From: the human T2T-CHM13v2.0 reference genome, Homo sapiens
Assembly (NCBI RefSeq): GCF_009914755.1
Contig: NC_060925.1
DNA length: 64,000 bases
Reading direction: 5' to 3' (one strand)
The notes beneath the pieces were generated by a model. The model made no database searches, was not told the DNA's origin, and saw nothing but the letters and a program-made list of their open reading frames with translations. Positions 20,661-40,502 of this stretch are shown here, piece after piece (within the stretch, counting starts at the first letter, position 1; each line of letters opens with the position of its first letter). Both the position numbers and the translations under genes were made by a program.

Positions 20661-21507
20661 TAATCAAGTTGCATGACTCTTTCTGAGCTCAGTTATTATC
20701 TACCTTTGTATCTTTCTGTTTTTATTGTTGTTGAGGTACCTGTTTACATCTTGCAGTCACTTTTTAAAAATGGGTTTGTTTGTTTTATTATTGGATTTTG
20801 TGGTACTATATATTCTAGATAAAAGTAATGTATTATTATTTTAGTTATAAATATTTTCCCAGTCTGTGACTTCTCTTTTCATTCTCCTAACATTATTTTT
20901 AAAGAGCAGAAGTTTTTAATTTGATGATGTCAAAGTTATTTTTTTTGCATTTTATGGATTATGATTTGTCATATTTTTAAAATCCTCTATAACTTGAAAT
21001 CATAAATGTTCTTCTATACTTATTCAATAATTCTCCAAGTTTTCAATTTTATACTAAAGTTGGTGTTCTATTTCATATATTTTTGTATGATGTGGTATGT
21101 ATGTTACTTTTTGTGTAAGTATCCAATTGTTGAAATGACTATCAATTCTCTGTTGAATTGCCAGCACCTTTGTCAAGTATCAACTGTCTATATGTGTTTA
21201 GGTCAATTTCTTAACTCTTCATATTCTTCTTTTGATTTAATTGTCATACCCAATGAGACACCACACATTCTTGCTTACAGTATCTTCATAGGAAGACCTG
21301 AAATAGGAAGTATTCATTTTGCCTTTCCAAAATTATACTTTGTATTTTGATATGCATTTTAGGAATAGTTTTAACTTTCTACAAAGTGATGCCTGCTGCA
21401 TTTTAGATTGGAATTGCGTTAAATCTATAGATCAATTTGAAGAAAATTGACATCTTAAAAATATTCAATATTCTGACCTTTAAGCCAACTGTATCTCTCT
21501 ATAAGGT

Positions 21508-21911
21508 TGTCTTAGTCTGTTTCTGCTGACATAACAAAATACTACAGACTAATTTATAAAGAACATAAATATATTTCTCCCAGAACAAAAATATAGTTCT
21601 GGAGATTGAGAAGTTCATGATCAAGATTCCTCCAGGTTCAGTGTTTGTTGAGGGCCCCACTTTCTGTTTTCAAGATGGCGTCTTGTTCCTGCATCCTCCG
21701 GAGGGTATGAATAGTGTGTCCTCACATAACTGAAGGCTGGAGAGAAAAATAATTTAAGTGCTTCTCTCCAATCTTTTTATAAGGCACAAATCCATTGATT
21801 AGAGTCCTCATGACTTATTTACTTCCCCAAACGCCCACCTTTTTATACTACCAGAATGGGGATTAAGTTTGGGCATGATTTTTGGAGGAGACATACTTTC
21901 AAAACATAGCA
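21508..21911 (-). mobile_element. MST (MSTC/D-like) solo LTR
   Basis: tgtcttagtctgtttctgctgacataacaaaatac...ttcaaaacatagca. Confidence 0.85.
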
Positions 21912-22358
21912 GCATTAAATTTTCTGAACAATATTGTGTAGTTTTTACTCTATGGGTCTTTCAGTTTTTGTCTTTTTTATATCTTTGTATTTCATATTTA
22001 TGTCACTACATTAAATAGTAATGTTTTTAAATTGTATTATCTGACTGAAATGTGTTAGTGTGTAAACATGTAGTTAACATTTTGTTGATCTCTTATGTTG
22101 GTACCTTATTAAGCTGTTAGTTGTAGTAGAATACTTTTTTAAAAAAGAGTCCATTAGATTTTCTACATAGATGGTTGTGTTTTCCATATATAGAGACAGT
22201 TTTATCTCTTCCATTTTAATCTTAATACTTCATTTATTCTTTCTCTTATTGCACTGGATGTGAGTTCAAATACAATGTTGTACAGACATTTCTTGTATTT
22301 TTACTAATTTGTGCTGGAACAAATTTAGTCTTTCACCATTAAATAAGATGTTAGCTGA

Positions 22359-27530
<5,172 letters not shown>

Positions 27531-29304
27531 TAACTGTAAGATAAGGCAACTGTTATTCACACTTCACAATAAACTCATTGTTTATTAAAAGTTTTAAATA
27601 AATTTGTATTTTGCATGTAATTAAAATGTTATTGTTAGGTTTAAGTCTTACTGTGAAAAAATAATCTTTGATAGTTTTTTGTCTTAATTCTCATTTTCTT
27701 TTTTAGGTTTGACTTTCAGAAGCATAACCTGTGATTAAGGAAATGCAACAAGTAAAATTTTCTGAGATTGTGAATCATTTTCTCATAACAATATACTCCT
27801 ATAATAAAAAAATACATATTAACTACATGTAATATATGTACTAAAACACTCATTGACCAAAAATGGAGATGAAAATTTACATTTAATTCTATTGACAACT
27901 TGCATTTAACTCAGGTCTTTGTTAATGTTGTTTTCATAATAGTAATAACTGCTTTATTAATAACTATTATGTTTAATATATGCAGAGGAATGCTAATAGT
28001 AAAGACTTCCCTTTCAACTTCTCATGCCAGAGGTAAAATATGAATACCTTATTTGTTGTTGACAGGCTTATAGACATGTGCCTGTGTTTCTTGTTTAAAA
28101 CATTATGTCTCCCAGAAATGTATTTGCTAGCTAGAGGCAGTTTGACATGTGCACGTCTCTTGCTGCCTGCAGTAATAAGCAACACCAAATGTAGACAGGT
28201 AAAATGTGACATCACAACAGCAGAATATGAAAATGTGTATTCTAAGGCAAATATCACATTCATGTCTCTTGTTTCTATTAACAAATAATGTCAATGGCAA
28301 GCTCAATTATTTTGCTCAAATTGAAAAAATAAAGTGAATAAATACCTTTAAAATAGCCTTATTTGGGAAACAATATTGCCTATAACTGAAAAACTGAAGG
28401 CAGATGTCAGATTTTGACAGCATATTTTTAATATATCTCTTCAAATGTGAAATCCAATCATGTTCACCCTCTCCCATGCCATTTAATCCCTCTCCTTGAG
28501 ACATTCCACTTCCCAAAATGCTATAATGAAAGCCAGAGTTCATGGCAAAACTCTAAGCTCCCTTACCTCTCATTAGTTGAATCCAGCTTTGTCAAATTTT
28601 ATTTCAGCTCTTTCCTGTGGCTCAAGTGAAATTCAGACCTCTATTGATATAAAAAATGTACAGGAAGTAGCAGGGTAATTTATTCCCAAAGGAAATATAG
28701 TGCAGTTTAATAATGTATTGGGAAGATGTGGCCAGGTCAGCCTGTTATTTATCCTTTTGGCTATGCTATTTTATTTTGAAGTCAGCAGAAATAAAACAAC
28801 AACATTCTGTATACAATAGTTCACTTACTATTTACTTTTGTGTTAAAAAAAAAGTACTGAAGAAAATTCTTTTACATTTTCCCCCACTTGATTTGTGTTT
28901 GCTCAAAATTCACCTGATAAGGATTAGGAATATAATAGAAAATATTTTGAAAAGTACTGAAGTCAGTTTTCACATGGAATAACATGATTTCTAATATTTA
29001 AACTTCAAAAATAGAATGGGCTGCCTTATGAGCCAGTGACAAAGCTGACCAAAGAAAATTTTAAAGCACCTGTCATGTATTCTGTGGAACGAAGGACTTC
29101 TGTCTTCAGAAATATCTGCCCTTTCATAGAACTTTTCTCTGGAATTTATCATCACAGTCTTTGTTTATATTTTGTGGATATATTTCTTAATTTTCTTACC
29201 TGGATGTAAATAATGGAAGAGTTGGTAACATGTTTTATTCACTGTTTTCTTCATCACAGAGTCTTGCTCAGACTATATTTTAATAAAAGTATTTAATTTA
29301 GTAA

Positions 29305-29450
29305 TAATAGTAGTATATCACATTTGTAAGATAGTGTATAGATACCTATTATTGATTATCTCATTGAATATTTAAAAAAACACTGTGAGACAAGTACTAT
29401 ATTCTGCATTTTCATCAAAGAATATCAACATTAGAGATTTTAAGTAAATG
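29305..29450 (-). mobile_element. MIR
   Basis: attatctcattgaat...cactgtgagacaagtactatattctgcatttt. Confidence 0.55.
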
Positions 29451-30489
29451 CATGAATGAGTGAATATATAAATTAATTAGCAAACAAACATATGAATAAG
29501 CATATACCTGAGAACCTGAACTAGATATTATAAAAATATAATCTCTCTCTATGAATATAAAAGCATTATATTCTGTTTATAAGAGCTATGTATTAAAATT
29601 TAATGAAAAGATTATATATATTACCATCACCATCCTTTTAACTTCTTTTTTAGGCATCCTTTATACTACTTCTCAAAGGTAGCATATATCAATAGTTTCA
29701 TTTTTGGTGCTATAAAAATGAAGGAGAGTGCAGAGTACAGATTAATTATGTAGAACTTCATATAGCATCTACAGATTCACATTTATCAACAGACTTCTGG
29801 CTTTATTCCCAATTAAATTCCTTTCAGTAAACATTTAATGAGCCTCTGCAAAGTACTGAATAATACAATGAAACATTCATATTACTTAGAGATGTAGCTT
29901 GTAGACTCATTGAAATGGTCTCTCTTGGAGTTATATGTGACATCAAGTAGACCTGCTGATTTGTGTTTTATTGGATTACTAGTTGCTTGGTATTTTTAAA
30001 CAGCTAGAAAATGATTCTCTACTAAAGACCAGTGTGATACCCTTTGACATAATGGAAAAAAATTCAACATTATAGTAATGTTGATATACCCCTGAGGAGG
30101 ATTTAGATATTCATATTTTTCCTGTATTATGAAGCTTGTGGTTTTATAGTTTTACACTTAGGGGATAAGTTACGTATTATTTTGCAAGGTTGAATTTTTG
30201 GTCTTTTGGTGTTTTTATTTCTTTTTCCTATCGCTGAAAGGACAAAAAGATTATTGAAAGGGAAATAAAATATTTAGACGTATCAGTTATAATTCAATGA
30301 AGACATGAGTAAGTAGGACACTGAAATTTATCAGAAAATTGACTTTTTTTTAAAGCAAATGCCTTGATGTAATATCAATAAAACTAATAAATGTTGTTTC
30401 AGATTATCTTTGAAAATTATGACAGTCTAAAATAAAGCTAAAAATTGAGTCCCTCCTCTGACCTTATAACAAACATCTGTTTTAACCTT

Positions 30490-30670
30490 CAGTGGTATGG
30501 TGAGAATAAGATAGCTTTGTACTATGAATTTGGTCTTTTTTTTTTAGAATTTTTTAATCTCTGATTTTTCATCTCTAAATTGGAAAACATTTTGCAATTA
30601 AATGGGGTTAGTATAAGATTCAGATAAAGAATGTAAAAATGTTAGCACAGTACTACACATAGAGCTAATA
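30490..30670 (+). mobile_element. MIR
   Basis: tttttcatctctaaattgg...taagattcagataaagaatgtaaaaatgttagcacagt. Confidence 0.6.
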
Positions 30671-30949
30671 TTCATGTTTTTACCTTTCTTTTTTCATCAT
30701 TCAAATCTTCCACAACTTGCTAGTTCAACCCTCCATGAGTCTTTTTCTTTTCATTAGGCCAATACAGAATGATGGTACTATCTTCTAATCATTCTTGTAA
30801 GTTAAAATCTGTGCCACATATATTTAATTATTATAGTCAGATTTCTCATGAACTATTTATAACTCAAATGCCATAAACTTATTAGTAGAAAGTGCATAAT
30901 TCTAGGGGAAAGAAATACTTGGCCAAAATTCATTAGGCTTATGATCACT

Positions 30950-31115
30950 GATATGTTTTTTAACCTCAGTTTACTCATCAGTGAAATGAGGGTTGTCATA
31001 CTGCTCCATGGGTTTTTTTATTTTTTATTTTTTTTGGTGATAACATTAAATGTGATAACAGTAGTAAACCCTTCATGTAAATTACATGACCTAGTGTAAA
31101 TCTTCAGTGTTTGTT
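30950..31115 (+). mobile_element. MIR
   Basis: Core motif cctcagtttactcatcagtgaaatgaggg. Confidence 0.65.
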
Positions 31116-31269
31116 AGTTTCTTTCCCCTCCCAACCCCTTCTTTTCCTTTCTCAACCGTGCAGTTTGCTCCTTAGAGATAATAATCAGGATTTATTTACC
31201 AAGGGACTATTTAACAGATTTAATTTTATCTTTGTGCACATCTCAAAGTTAACCACCTTTATCTAAAAT

Positions 31270-31432
31270 AGTGGTTTTTTTTACTTCATTATATATGGAA
31301 ATCATCTGGCGGTCTTGATAAAATGCAGAGCAAATTCAGCAGGTCTGAAGAGGGACCAGAAATTCTGCATTTCTAACAAGATCGCAGGTGATATCAGTGA
31401 TGCTGCTCACAGACTGCACTTTCAGTGCCAAG
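31270..31432. mobile_element. MER5A
   Basis: ttcagcaggtctgaagg...ctgcatttctaacaagatcgcaggtgat...cactttcag. Confidence 0.75.
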
Positions 31433-34400
31433 CATTAAACTATTATAAATTTAGCTAGAAAGCTGTTGTAGCTATAAAAGCCATCTAATAATAGAGTAAG
31501 TAGGAACAAAGCTAAAACAGAGTAGTAGTACTGAGGAGAGCAAAAGTGTGTTTTGCACAGTCATTTTGATGTGATTTCAAACATTGTGTTATCTGTGTTG
31601 TTCCAAAGACTGTATTACTTTTTTTTTTTTTTTCTTTAACCCTGCTCTGACTTTTGTATAACAGTGACTTAAAGTACCTGTTGAATTTCCGGATCCCTCT
31701 CCTGGGTTCATTAAAAAAATAAATAAAAATATATATATATTTAACTGGAAACCTGAGCTAACCAGGAATCCCTAGAAAACACAGTTTGGTGACAGCCTCT
31801 GTATAAACATCTTATCTGCATACGCACCTCCAGAAATGAAGAATAAGGAAAAAGATGAATAAGACAAGGCAAGAGGGAGAAAAAGTAAAATGAAGTGTGT
31901 TTCCTAGCTGGCCCCAAGTCTATATAATTAGCATAGTTCAATTCAATTCATTCAATTTTAGGGGAGCCTTCAAAGAGGCTGTGTGCACTATTTGTCCTTT
32001 TAACAGGCCATCCTGGGAGAGTAAGAAATTGCTGTGGCTTTGCCAGCCAGATTACACAAGCAAGGTGGCAGGAAATGAGTTGCACAATCCTGGTTAGACC
32101 AATATCTGGTTTCTGGTTTCGTCACTAATAGGTTTGCCTCCTTTCATCTCTTAACCACTCCTGTTCCTCCCTCCAAAGTATAAGCTGTAACAACATATAT
32201 GATTTTATGATTGAATTTTCATCTCAGATAATATATAACAAATTGCTTACATGCATGAATTGTGATATTTTGATAACAGAAATTAATTCTTATGTGTTTT
32301 ATGAGGTGGCATGAAAGCAGCTTTCAACATGTACCTTATAAAAAATTGAGAATATTTCATAAAACCAGTAAAAAACACATACAATCAAAGGGTAAATAGA
32401 AGATCCACTTTTTTTTTCTAAAAGACTATAGTCACAGCCACAACTACTTTTTCCTAGGAAATAATAATTATACTCTATTCTTATGCTTTTAATTGCAGAG
32501 TTGAATTGATGAAATGCATAAAATTATTTAATTGGATAATATGGTATTTGGTTAGATTATTATATTAATTTTGATAATGATAATTCTAATGTCTCTCATT
32601 AGTGATAAGTATTGGTTTTAAAATGATTCTAAAGGAACTTTATATAGCCACTTAATTTAGTGACTAAGCAGTGCTTGGCATGGAGTGCACAAACACAAAT
32701 TGTTAGAAAACTGGAAGTTTTACTTTACTCTCATTTGTCAGTAGTGTAGATTGTGGTTATTTATTTCTTATGTATCAATATTGTTTAGGAAGAAACTCTT
32801 TTTTTCTATTAAATTATTGCATACTTCTGATCACCTTTCCAGTTCTTCAAATATAAAGGGGTGTGTAATCTTTTCTATCCAAAGTTTAGCAGAACTGCAT
32901 GGATTCAAGGTGGCAAATTCATTTTCTACTTTTTAAAAAAAACATTTTGAAGGACAAAGGTTTGATGATAATAATAACATAAAATAAATACATAATACCC
33001 GGTGAATGAAAGAATTGGTCCACAAATGAACTGACCTCATAGAATGGGTTAGGAAGTCCCTCCTCCTTAATTTTTCAGAATAGTTTCAGTAAAAGTAGTA
33101 CCAGCTGTTTTATTTCTTTACATCTGATAAAATTTGGCTAATAATCTGTTTGGTCCTGGGATTTTTCTGGTTGGTAGGCTTTTTATTAGTGATTCACTTT
33201 GGAGCTCATTGTTGGTCTTTTCTTGGATTCAATTTTTTCCTGGTTCAATCTTGGGAGATTGTATTTTCCCAGTAATTGAATCATTTCTTCCAGGTTTTCT
33301 AATTTGTGTGCATAGAGGTGTTTGTAGTAGTTTCTGAGGGGTTTTGTTGTTGTTATTGTTGTTTTGGTTTTTCTGTGTGGCTCATGGTAATGTCCCTTTT
33401 GTCATTTCTGATTGTGTTTATTTGGATCTTCTCTATTTTTTAATTTATTCTTCTAGCTAGCTAGCATTCTATGAATCTTATTTATTCTTTTTCAAAGACT
33501 CAACCACACAATCCATTGATCTTTTGTATGGTTTTTCACTTCTCAATTTCCTCCAGTTCAACTCTGATTTTGGCTATTTCTTATTTTCTTACTACCTTTG
33601 AGGTTGGTTTGCTGTTGTTTCTCTAGTTCCCCTGGGTGTGATATTAGATTGTTAATTTGCAATCTTTCTAACTTTTTGATGTAGGTGTTTAGTGCTGTAA
33701 ACTACCCTTTTGACACAGCTGTAGCTGTGTCCCACATATTCTGGTAAGTTGTATATCTTTGTTCTCATTAGCTTGAAAGAATTTCTTGATTTCTGCCTTA
33801 ATTTCATTGTTTACCCAAAAGTCATTCAGGAGCAGGTTGCTTAATTTCCATGTAAAGTATGGTTTTGAACAATTTTCTTATTATTGATTTCTATCTTTAA
33901 GGTGCTGTGGTCTGAGAATGTGTTTAGTATGATTTTGGCTTTTATGAATTTCCTGAGGATTATTTTGTTGCTCATTGTGTGGTCAATTTTAGATTATGTG
34001 CCATGTGCCGATGAGAAGAATGTATGTTCTGTAATTTTAAGGTAGAAAGTTCTGTAGATGTCTGTTAGGCCCATTTGGTCAAATGTTGCATTTAGGTCTC
34101 ATATATTTTAGTTAGTTTTCTGCCATGATGATCTGTCCAGTACTGTCAGTAGGGGGTTGAAGTGTCCCACCATTATTGTGTCATTATCTAAGTCTCTTTG
34201 TAGGTCTCTTAGAACTTGCTTTATGAACATGGGTGCCCCTGGATTGAGTGCATATATATTTTGGATAGTTAGGTTTTCTTGTTGAGTTGGAACCTTTGAC
34301 ATTATATAATGATATTCTTTGTTTTTTTTGATCTTTGTTGGTTTAAAGTCTGTTTTGTCTGAAATTAGGATAGCAACTCCTGCATTTTTCTCTTATTCAT

Positions 34401-35730
34401 TTGCTTGGTAGATTTTTCTCCATCTCTTTACTTTGAGCTTGAAGTTGTCATTACATGTAAGATGGGTCTTTTTTATGCAGCATACAGTTGGGTCTTCCTT
34501 CTTTATCCAACTTGCCATACTGTGCCTTTAAATTGGAGCATGTAGCCTGTTTACATTCAAGGTTAATATTGATTTGTGTAGATTTGATCCTGTCAACATG
34601 TTGTTAGCTGGTTATTATGCAGATTTGATTTTGTGGTTTCTTTATACTGTCAATGGCTTATGTACTTAAGTCTGTTTTTGTGGTGGCCAGTAATGCTCTT
34701 TCCTTTCCATATTTAGCACTCCCTTAAGGACCTCTTGGGTGGTATTAACAAATTCCCTTAGCATTTGCTTATCTGAAAAGGATCTTATTTCTCCTTCATT
34801 TATGAAGCGTGGTTTGGCTAGATATGATATTCTTGGTTGGAATTTCTTTGCTTTAAGAATGCTGAATATAGGTCCTCAATTTCTTCTGTTTATAAAGTTT
34901 CTCCTGAAAGATCCACTGTTACCCTGTTGAGGTTCCCTTTGTAGGTGACCTGCCTCTTCTCTCTAGCTGCCTTTTTTCTTTCACTTACACTTTTACTTTC
35001 ATTTCAACCTAGAAGAATCTGATAACTGTGTGTCTTGGGGATGGTTATCTTGTATAGTATCTTGCAGGGGTTCCCTGCATTTCCTAAATTTGAATGTTTG
35101 CCTCTATAGTGAGGTTGGGGAAATTTTCATGGATGGTAACCTCAAATATGTCTTCCAACTTGCTTGCTTTCTCTCTTCTTTCAGGGATGTCAGTAAATCA
35201 CAGATTTGATCTCTTTATGTAATCTCATATTTCTCAGAGTTTTTTCATTCTTCTTTATTGTTTTTTTCTTTATTTTTGTCTGAGTTAGTTTGGAGAACTG
35301 GTCTTCAAGCTTTGAGATTCTTTCCTCAGTTTGGTCGATTCAACTGGTAATAATTCTGATTGTATTAGGAAATTCTTGAAGTGAGTTTCTCACCTCTATT
35401 GGATCAGTTTGGTACTTTCTTAAAATGGCCATTTTGTTTCTTATCTCCTATATCATTTCATTGTATTCCTTAGATTCCTTGGATTGGATTTTGAGTTTCT
35501 CTTGATGGTTGATGATCTTCATTCTTATTCATAGTCTGAATTCTATTTCTGACATTTCAGCCATTTTAGCCTAGTTTAGAACCATTGCTAGAGAACTAAT
35601 ATGATCTTCCAGAGGTCAGAAGACACTCTGGCTTTTTGAGTTGCCAGAGTTCTTGTGCTCGTTCTTTCTTTTCTGTATGGGCTGATGTTCCTTCAGTCTT
35701 TCAAATTGCTGTTTTTGAATAGGTGTTTTT

Positions 35731-35760
35731 TGTTTGTTTGTTTGTTTGTTTGTTTGTTTT
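35731..35760. repeat. (TTTG)n
   Basis: Directly visible. Confidence 0.9.
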
Positions 35761-36136
35761 TGCTTTTATCTTCTTAGATGCCCTTGTGGGCTTGATTGTG
35801 GTTTAAGGTAGGTTCAGTTGACTGGCTTGAATTCTATTCTGCTTCTGGGTCTTGAAGGAGTCCCTCTTTGGTTGGGTGTTCTGGTGCATGGGGCTCCTTC
35901 ATGCAGGGACCACAGTTGGCAACCAGGCTGTATTCTTACTGTGTCAGCCCAAATCTGCTCTCCCAGTGCTTCCCAGGAGAAAACAGAGTTGTGCCTGCTC
36001 ACAGAGTTCCAGCAGAAGTGAGACCACTGAGTTTGAAGATCTAGCATGTGTGGACCATTTGGCTACAGGTGGCAAGGATAGCTAGAGTAGCCCACCCTGC
36101 CATCTATGTGTTTCCAGGGCAAGAGGAGGCTATACC

Positions 36137-36670
36137 TGTATTGGTTAATATTGAGTGTCAACTTGATTGGATATTGTTCCTGAGTATGTATATGTAAGTG
36201 TTGCCAAAGGAAATGAACATTTGAGTCAGTAGATGGGGAAAGGCAGACCCACCCTCAATCTGGATGGGCACCATCTAATCAGCTGCCAGCGTGGCTAGGA
36301 TAAAAGCAGGCAGAGGAATGTGGAAAGACTAGACTGTTTGAGTCTTCCGGCCTCCACATTTCTCCCTGGCTGGATGCTTTCTGCCCTTAAACATCAGACT
36401 CCAAGTACTTCAGCTTTTGGACTCTTGGACTTATACCAGTGATTCACCAGGGACTTTCAGGCCTTTGGCTGCAGAGTGAAGGCTACACTATCCGCTTTTC
36501 TACTTTTGAGGTTTTGGGACTTGGACTGGCTTCCTGGCTCCTCAGCTTGCAGATGGCCTGTTGTGGGACTTCACCTTGTGACTGTGTGAATCAATTCTCC
36601 TAATAAACTCCCCTTCATATATTCATCTATCCTAGTAGTTCTGTCCCTTTAGAGAACCCTGACTAATACA
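36137..36670 (+). mobile_element. MLT2A2-like (HERV-L) solo LTR inserted in the L1 5'UTR
   Basis: tgtattggttaatattgagtgtcaacttgattgg...agagaaccctgactaataca; degenerate TSD atacc/gcacc. Confidence 0.9.
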
Positions 36671-37870
36671 GCACCCTTTGCAAATTCAGGCAAAATTGGC
36701 TCATTTGGCTGGAAGCTACCAGTGGTGGGGTTAGGTTGAGTTGTCTGCTCTGCCATCTGGATGCTTCCCAGAATGACAAGAAGCTCAATGGTTACTAGTG
36801 GTGGGGGTGGGTGGGGTTGCCCATCCTGCTGTTTGGGTACTTTCCTTCCCCAGACAGCAGGGGGCTGTGGCCACTGGCTGAGTTCAGAGAGAAGTTGTCC
36901 TGCTAGACCAGAAGCCACATTGAGCCTTTTCCAGGGAGGGGAAAATCTTACTGCCCCCAGGCACTGCAACTGCAGACCCTGTTGGGGGTATGGTGCTGGT
37001 GTTGGTCTGCTCCAGGGGCCAAGACTTATAGAAGTCACCTTGGACTTGAGGGGATTTGCCTCTGCAAAATGTTTGAGGGGCTCTCTGCCTCATTCTAGAA
37101 GTGAGGTTGGAGGTATGGGAGGGCCAGGGGTATTCACCCATTTCCAGTCTTGCACAGGTACCTGTTTAGAGTATGAATCACCCAGGGGGCTGTGAGTCAC
37201 TTACCCTTTCCCAGGTTGGAGACATACTTCTGGCACTGTGCTGATCACAGTCAGGCTGGTGCCCAGCTTCACTCCTCTGTGCTCTCAGTGTCTCCCTCCT
37301 GCTTTGATTTATCCTGACCTTGTTTCTCAGATGATTGTCATTCACAGTCAGTGTTCACTAGCCTTTTTGTTTCCTCTCCCTGAGAGCAGCACACATGAGC
37401 TTTCTTCTAGTCTGCCGTCTTGACCCAACCCCCGCATTCAGTGATATTGAAGTAGGAAGGGACAGGCCTTTCGGTGTCCTCAATAACTATTCTGACTATC
37501 TCTTTCACTTTGTTTTTGAGCATTCTGTGTGAAAAGGCTCTCTTTCTTTTACTTCCCAGGTACTATCTTACCTAGTTTTACAAAGATGAAAATTAAACCT
37601 TACAATTATACATCTATAGATAGAATCTTTGTCTCTCATTGCAAACTATTTTTACCATTTTTTTACTTCAGTCTGAGTTGGGAACATGAATTGTCCCTTG
37701 GAATAAAAGTGAGAGAGCTGAAGAGAAAGAATGTATACAAAAAACACATTAATACTTTGAGATATAATCCTGCCACAGGGTTATGTTTTCCTTCCAACAA
37801 AAGAGCAATCCATGGCAATCTCCTTAAATCCTTCTTTTTCCTCTTCTTTAGTTTTAAAAGGTCAGAATGC

Positions 37871-38420
<550 letters not shown>

Positions 38421-39584
38421 CACACATTCTAATTGATTTGTTTATAGATAAGGTAATAGAATAAGAATCTATTTTTAAATTATCATGACTTAGTAAAAAC
38501 TCTGGTTTGCTAACTTATGTCTGAGTTATTTAGTGTATGTATGTTTGAACATGTGTTTGTATAAAAGTGTCCATTGATGAAAACATTTTTCAAACTTTGT
38601 TGTTCAGAATTTTTCTGAAGTTGCTAACTTAAGTGAAAAGAAATATACTATTCCTTTCACTTCTAGGCCAAATTTGGTGAATTAGAATGTACTGACATAG
38701 ATTTATATTGAACTCTAAATATATACACATTTCTACTACAGGAAAAGCAAATGTGTTAAAATTCTAATTTATTGTTTAAGTACTGGAGATTTTTATTAAT
38801 AAAAATGAATATTTGCTCTTGTTTATTGGTATTTTCTCAGGTAGCCAAGTTATAAGTTGACATCAAGTTGTCTGTGGTTCAACCCCGGTTTTAAAAGTGA
38901 GTAAAGCTGTATTTAATACAGAAAGGGAAAATAAAATACATAAAATAATGGGCTCTAAGATAAGGAAAAACTGTAACCAAATTTTCCACATCTACTGCCT
39001 ATGGAGAGAGAAGTCAATGTTGCTTTATATTAATCATATTCTGCAATAGTAGCACATCATGGATGAGACTACTATTCCTGGTTAGTAGGTCTAGAATATT
39101 TGGGTATGGCCTTATTTTTAGATGATCCCATGAGGCTGTCAGAGTGCTTACAAACATGATTTTGACCCTATAAAATAATCTCATATTGTCCTTCTCTCTC
39201 TTTTTCTTTCTTTACTTTGCCATTAATGAAGCCCTGGCTATTATTCTCTATTTCCCGTTCCTTTTTCTCTTAACTCTATGCCAAAGAAGGCTTTGATGGG
39301 CAGATGAATTATCTTCTGCTCTAGGCATTGAGAAAATGATAGGCTATTTGTTATCTGCTTCTCTTTCTGATGTCATTGGTGGGTCTTCACTTAATTGGTC
39401 CTCTCTTTCATCTGTGTTAAGGTGTAAAATTGAGGTATAGGCTGATTAATTTGGTGTTGTGGAACATAGAGAGTCAAGACTAGCTTGCAGGAATTCTACA
39501 TTTTGGGACAAAATCTAAACAAAGAAAGATAAGTGATATTTGGTCAACAGTTACAAATGTCATGCAGAAACTGATGTTTGATTA

Positions 39585-39818
<234 letters not shown>

Positions 39819-39877
39819 AGGGGAGGAGAGGAGAGGGGAGGGGAGAGGAGGGGAGGGGAGCGGAAGGGAGGGGAGGA
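39819..39877. repeat. Polypurine (GGAGA/GGAGG)n tract
   Basis: Directly visible, following the Alu tail. Confidence 0.9.
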
Positions 39878-40025
39878 GTTTTCTGTCATCTAAATAATAG
39901 AGCAGATATTTTATTGCTGTTAACCTATTTGCATATTGAATATACACAATAATAGAGAAATCAGTAGCAGATTAGTCAAAAGTGTATCTATATTGTTTTC
40001 TAACTTTAGAGATAGATGATATTAT

Positions 40026-40502
40026 AGAAATAGTTCCAAGTCTTTGCTATTGCGAATAGTGCCACAATAAACATACGTGTGCATGTGTCTTTATTGCAGC
40101 ATGATTTATACTCCTTTGGGTATATACCCAGTAATGGGAAGGCTGGGTCAAATGGTATTTCTAGTTCTAGATCCCTGAGGAATCGCCACACTGACTTCCA
40201 CAATGGTTGAACTAGTTTACAGTCCCACCAACAGTGTAAAAGTGTTCCTGTTTCTCCACATCCTCTCCAGCACCTGTTTCCTGACTTTTTGATGATTGCC
40301 ATTCTAACTGGTGTGAGATGGTATCTCATTGTGGTTTTGATTTGCATTTCTCTGATGGCCAGTGATGATGAGCATTTTTTCATGTGTCTTTTGGCTGCAT
40401 AAATGTCTTCTTTTGACATTGTGCACATGTACCCTAAAACTTAAAGTATAATAATAAAAAATAAATAAATAAATAATAAAACTAGAAAAAAAAAGAAATA
40501 GT
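40026..40502 (+). mobile_element. Young L1PA2/3-like insertion with 5' inversion (twin priming)
   Basis: Antisense ORF2 piece 40033-40416, then sense 3' end cattgtgcacatgtaccctaaaacttaaagtataat and tail; TSD AGAAATAGT at 40026-40034 and 40494-40502. Confidence 0.93.

Larger units (their letters stand above)
33030..37432 (-). mobile_element. L1PA15/16-like 5' half (5'UTR, ORF1, ORF2 endonuclease to start of RT); 3' half missing
   Basis: 5' terminus reads GGGGTTGGGTCAAGACGGCAGACTAGAAG on the minus strand; ORF 34108-34302 is L1 endonuclease (NIYALNPGAPMFIKQVLRDLQRDLD). Confidence 0.9.

Noticed and set aside
36649-37195. Overlapping 129-144-aa ORFs on both strands
   Set aside because: They lie in the GC-richer L1 5'UTR, where stop codons are rarer; no protein resemblance.
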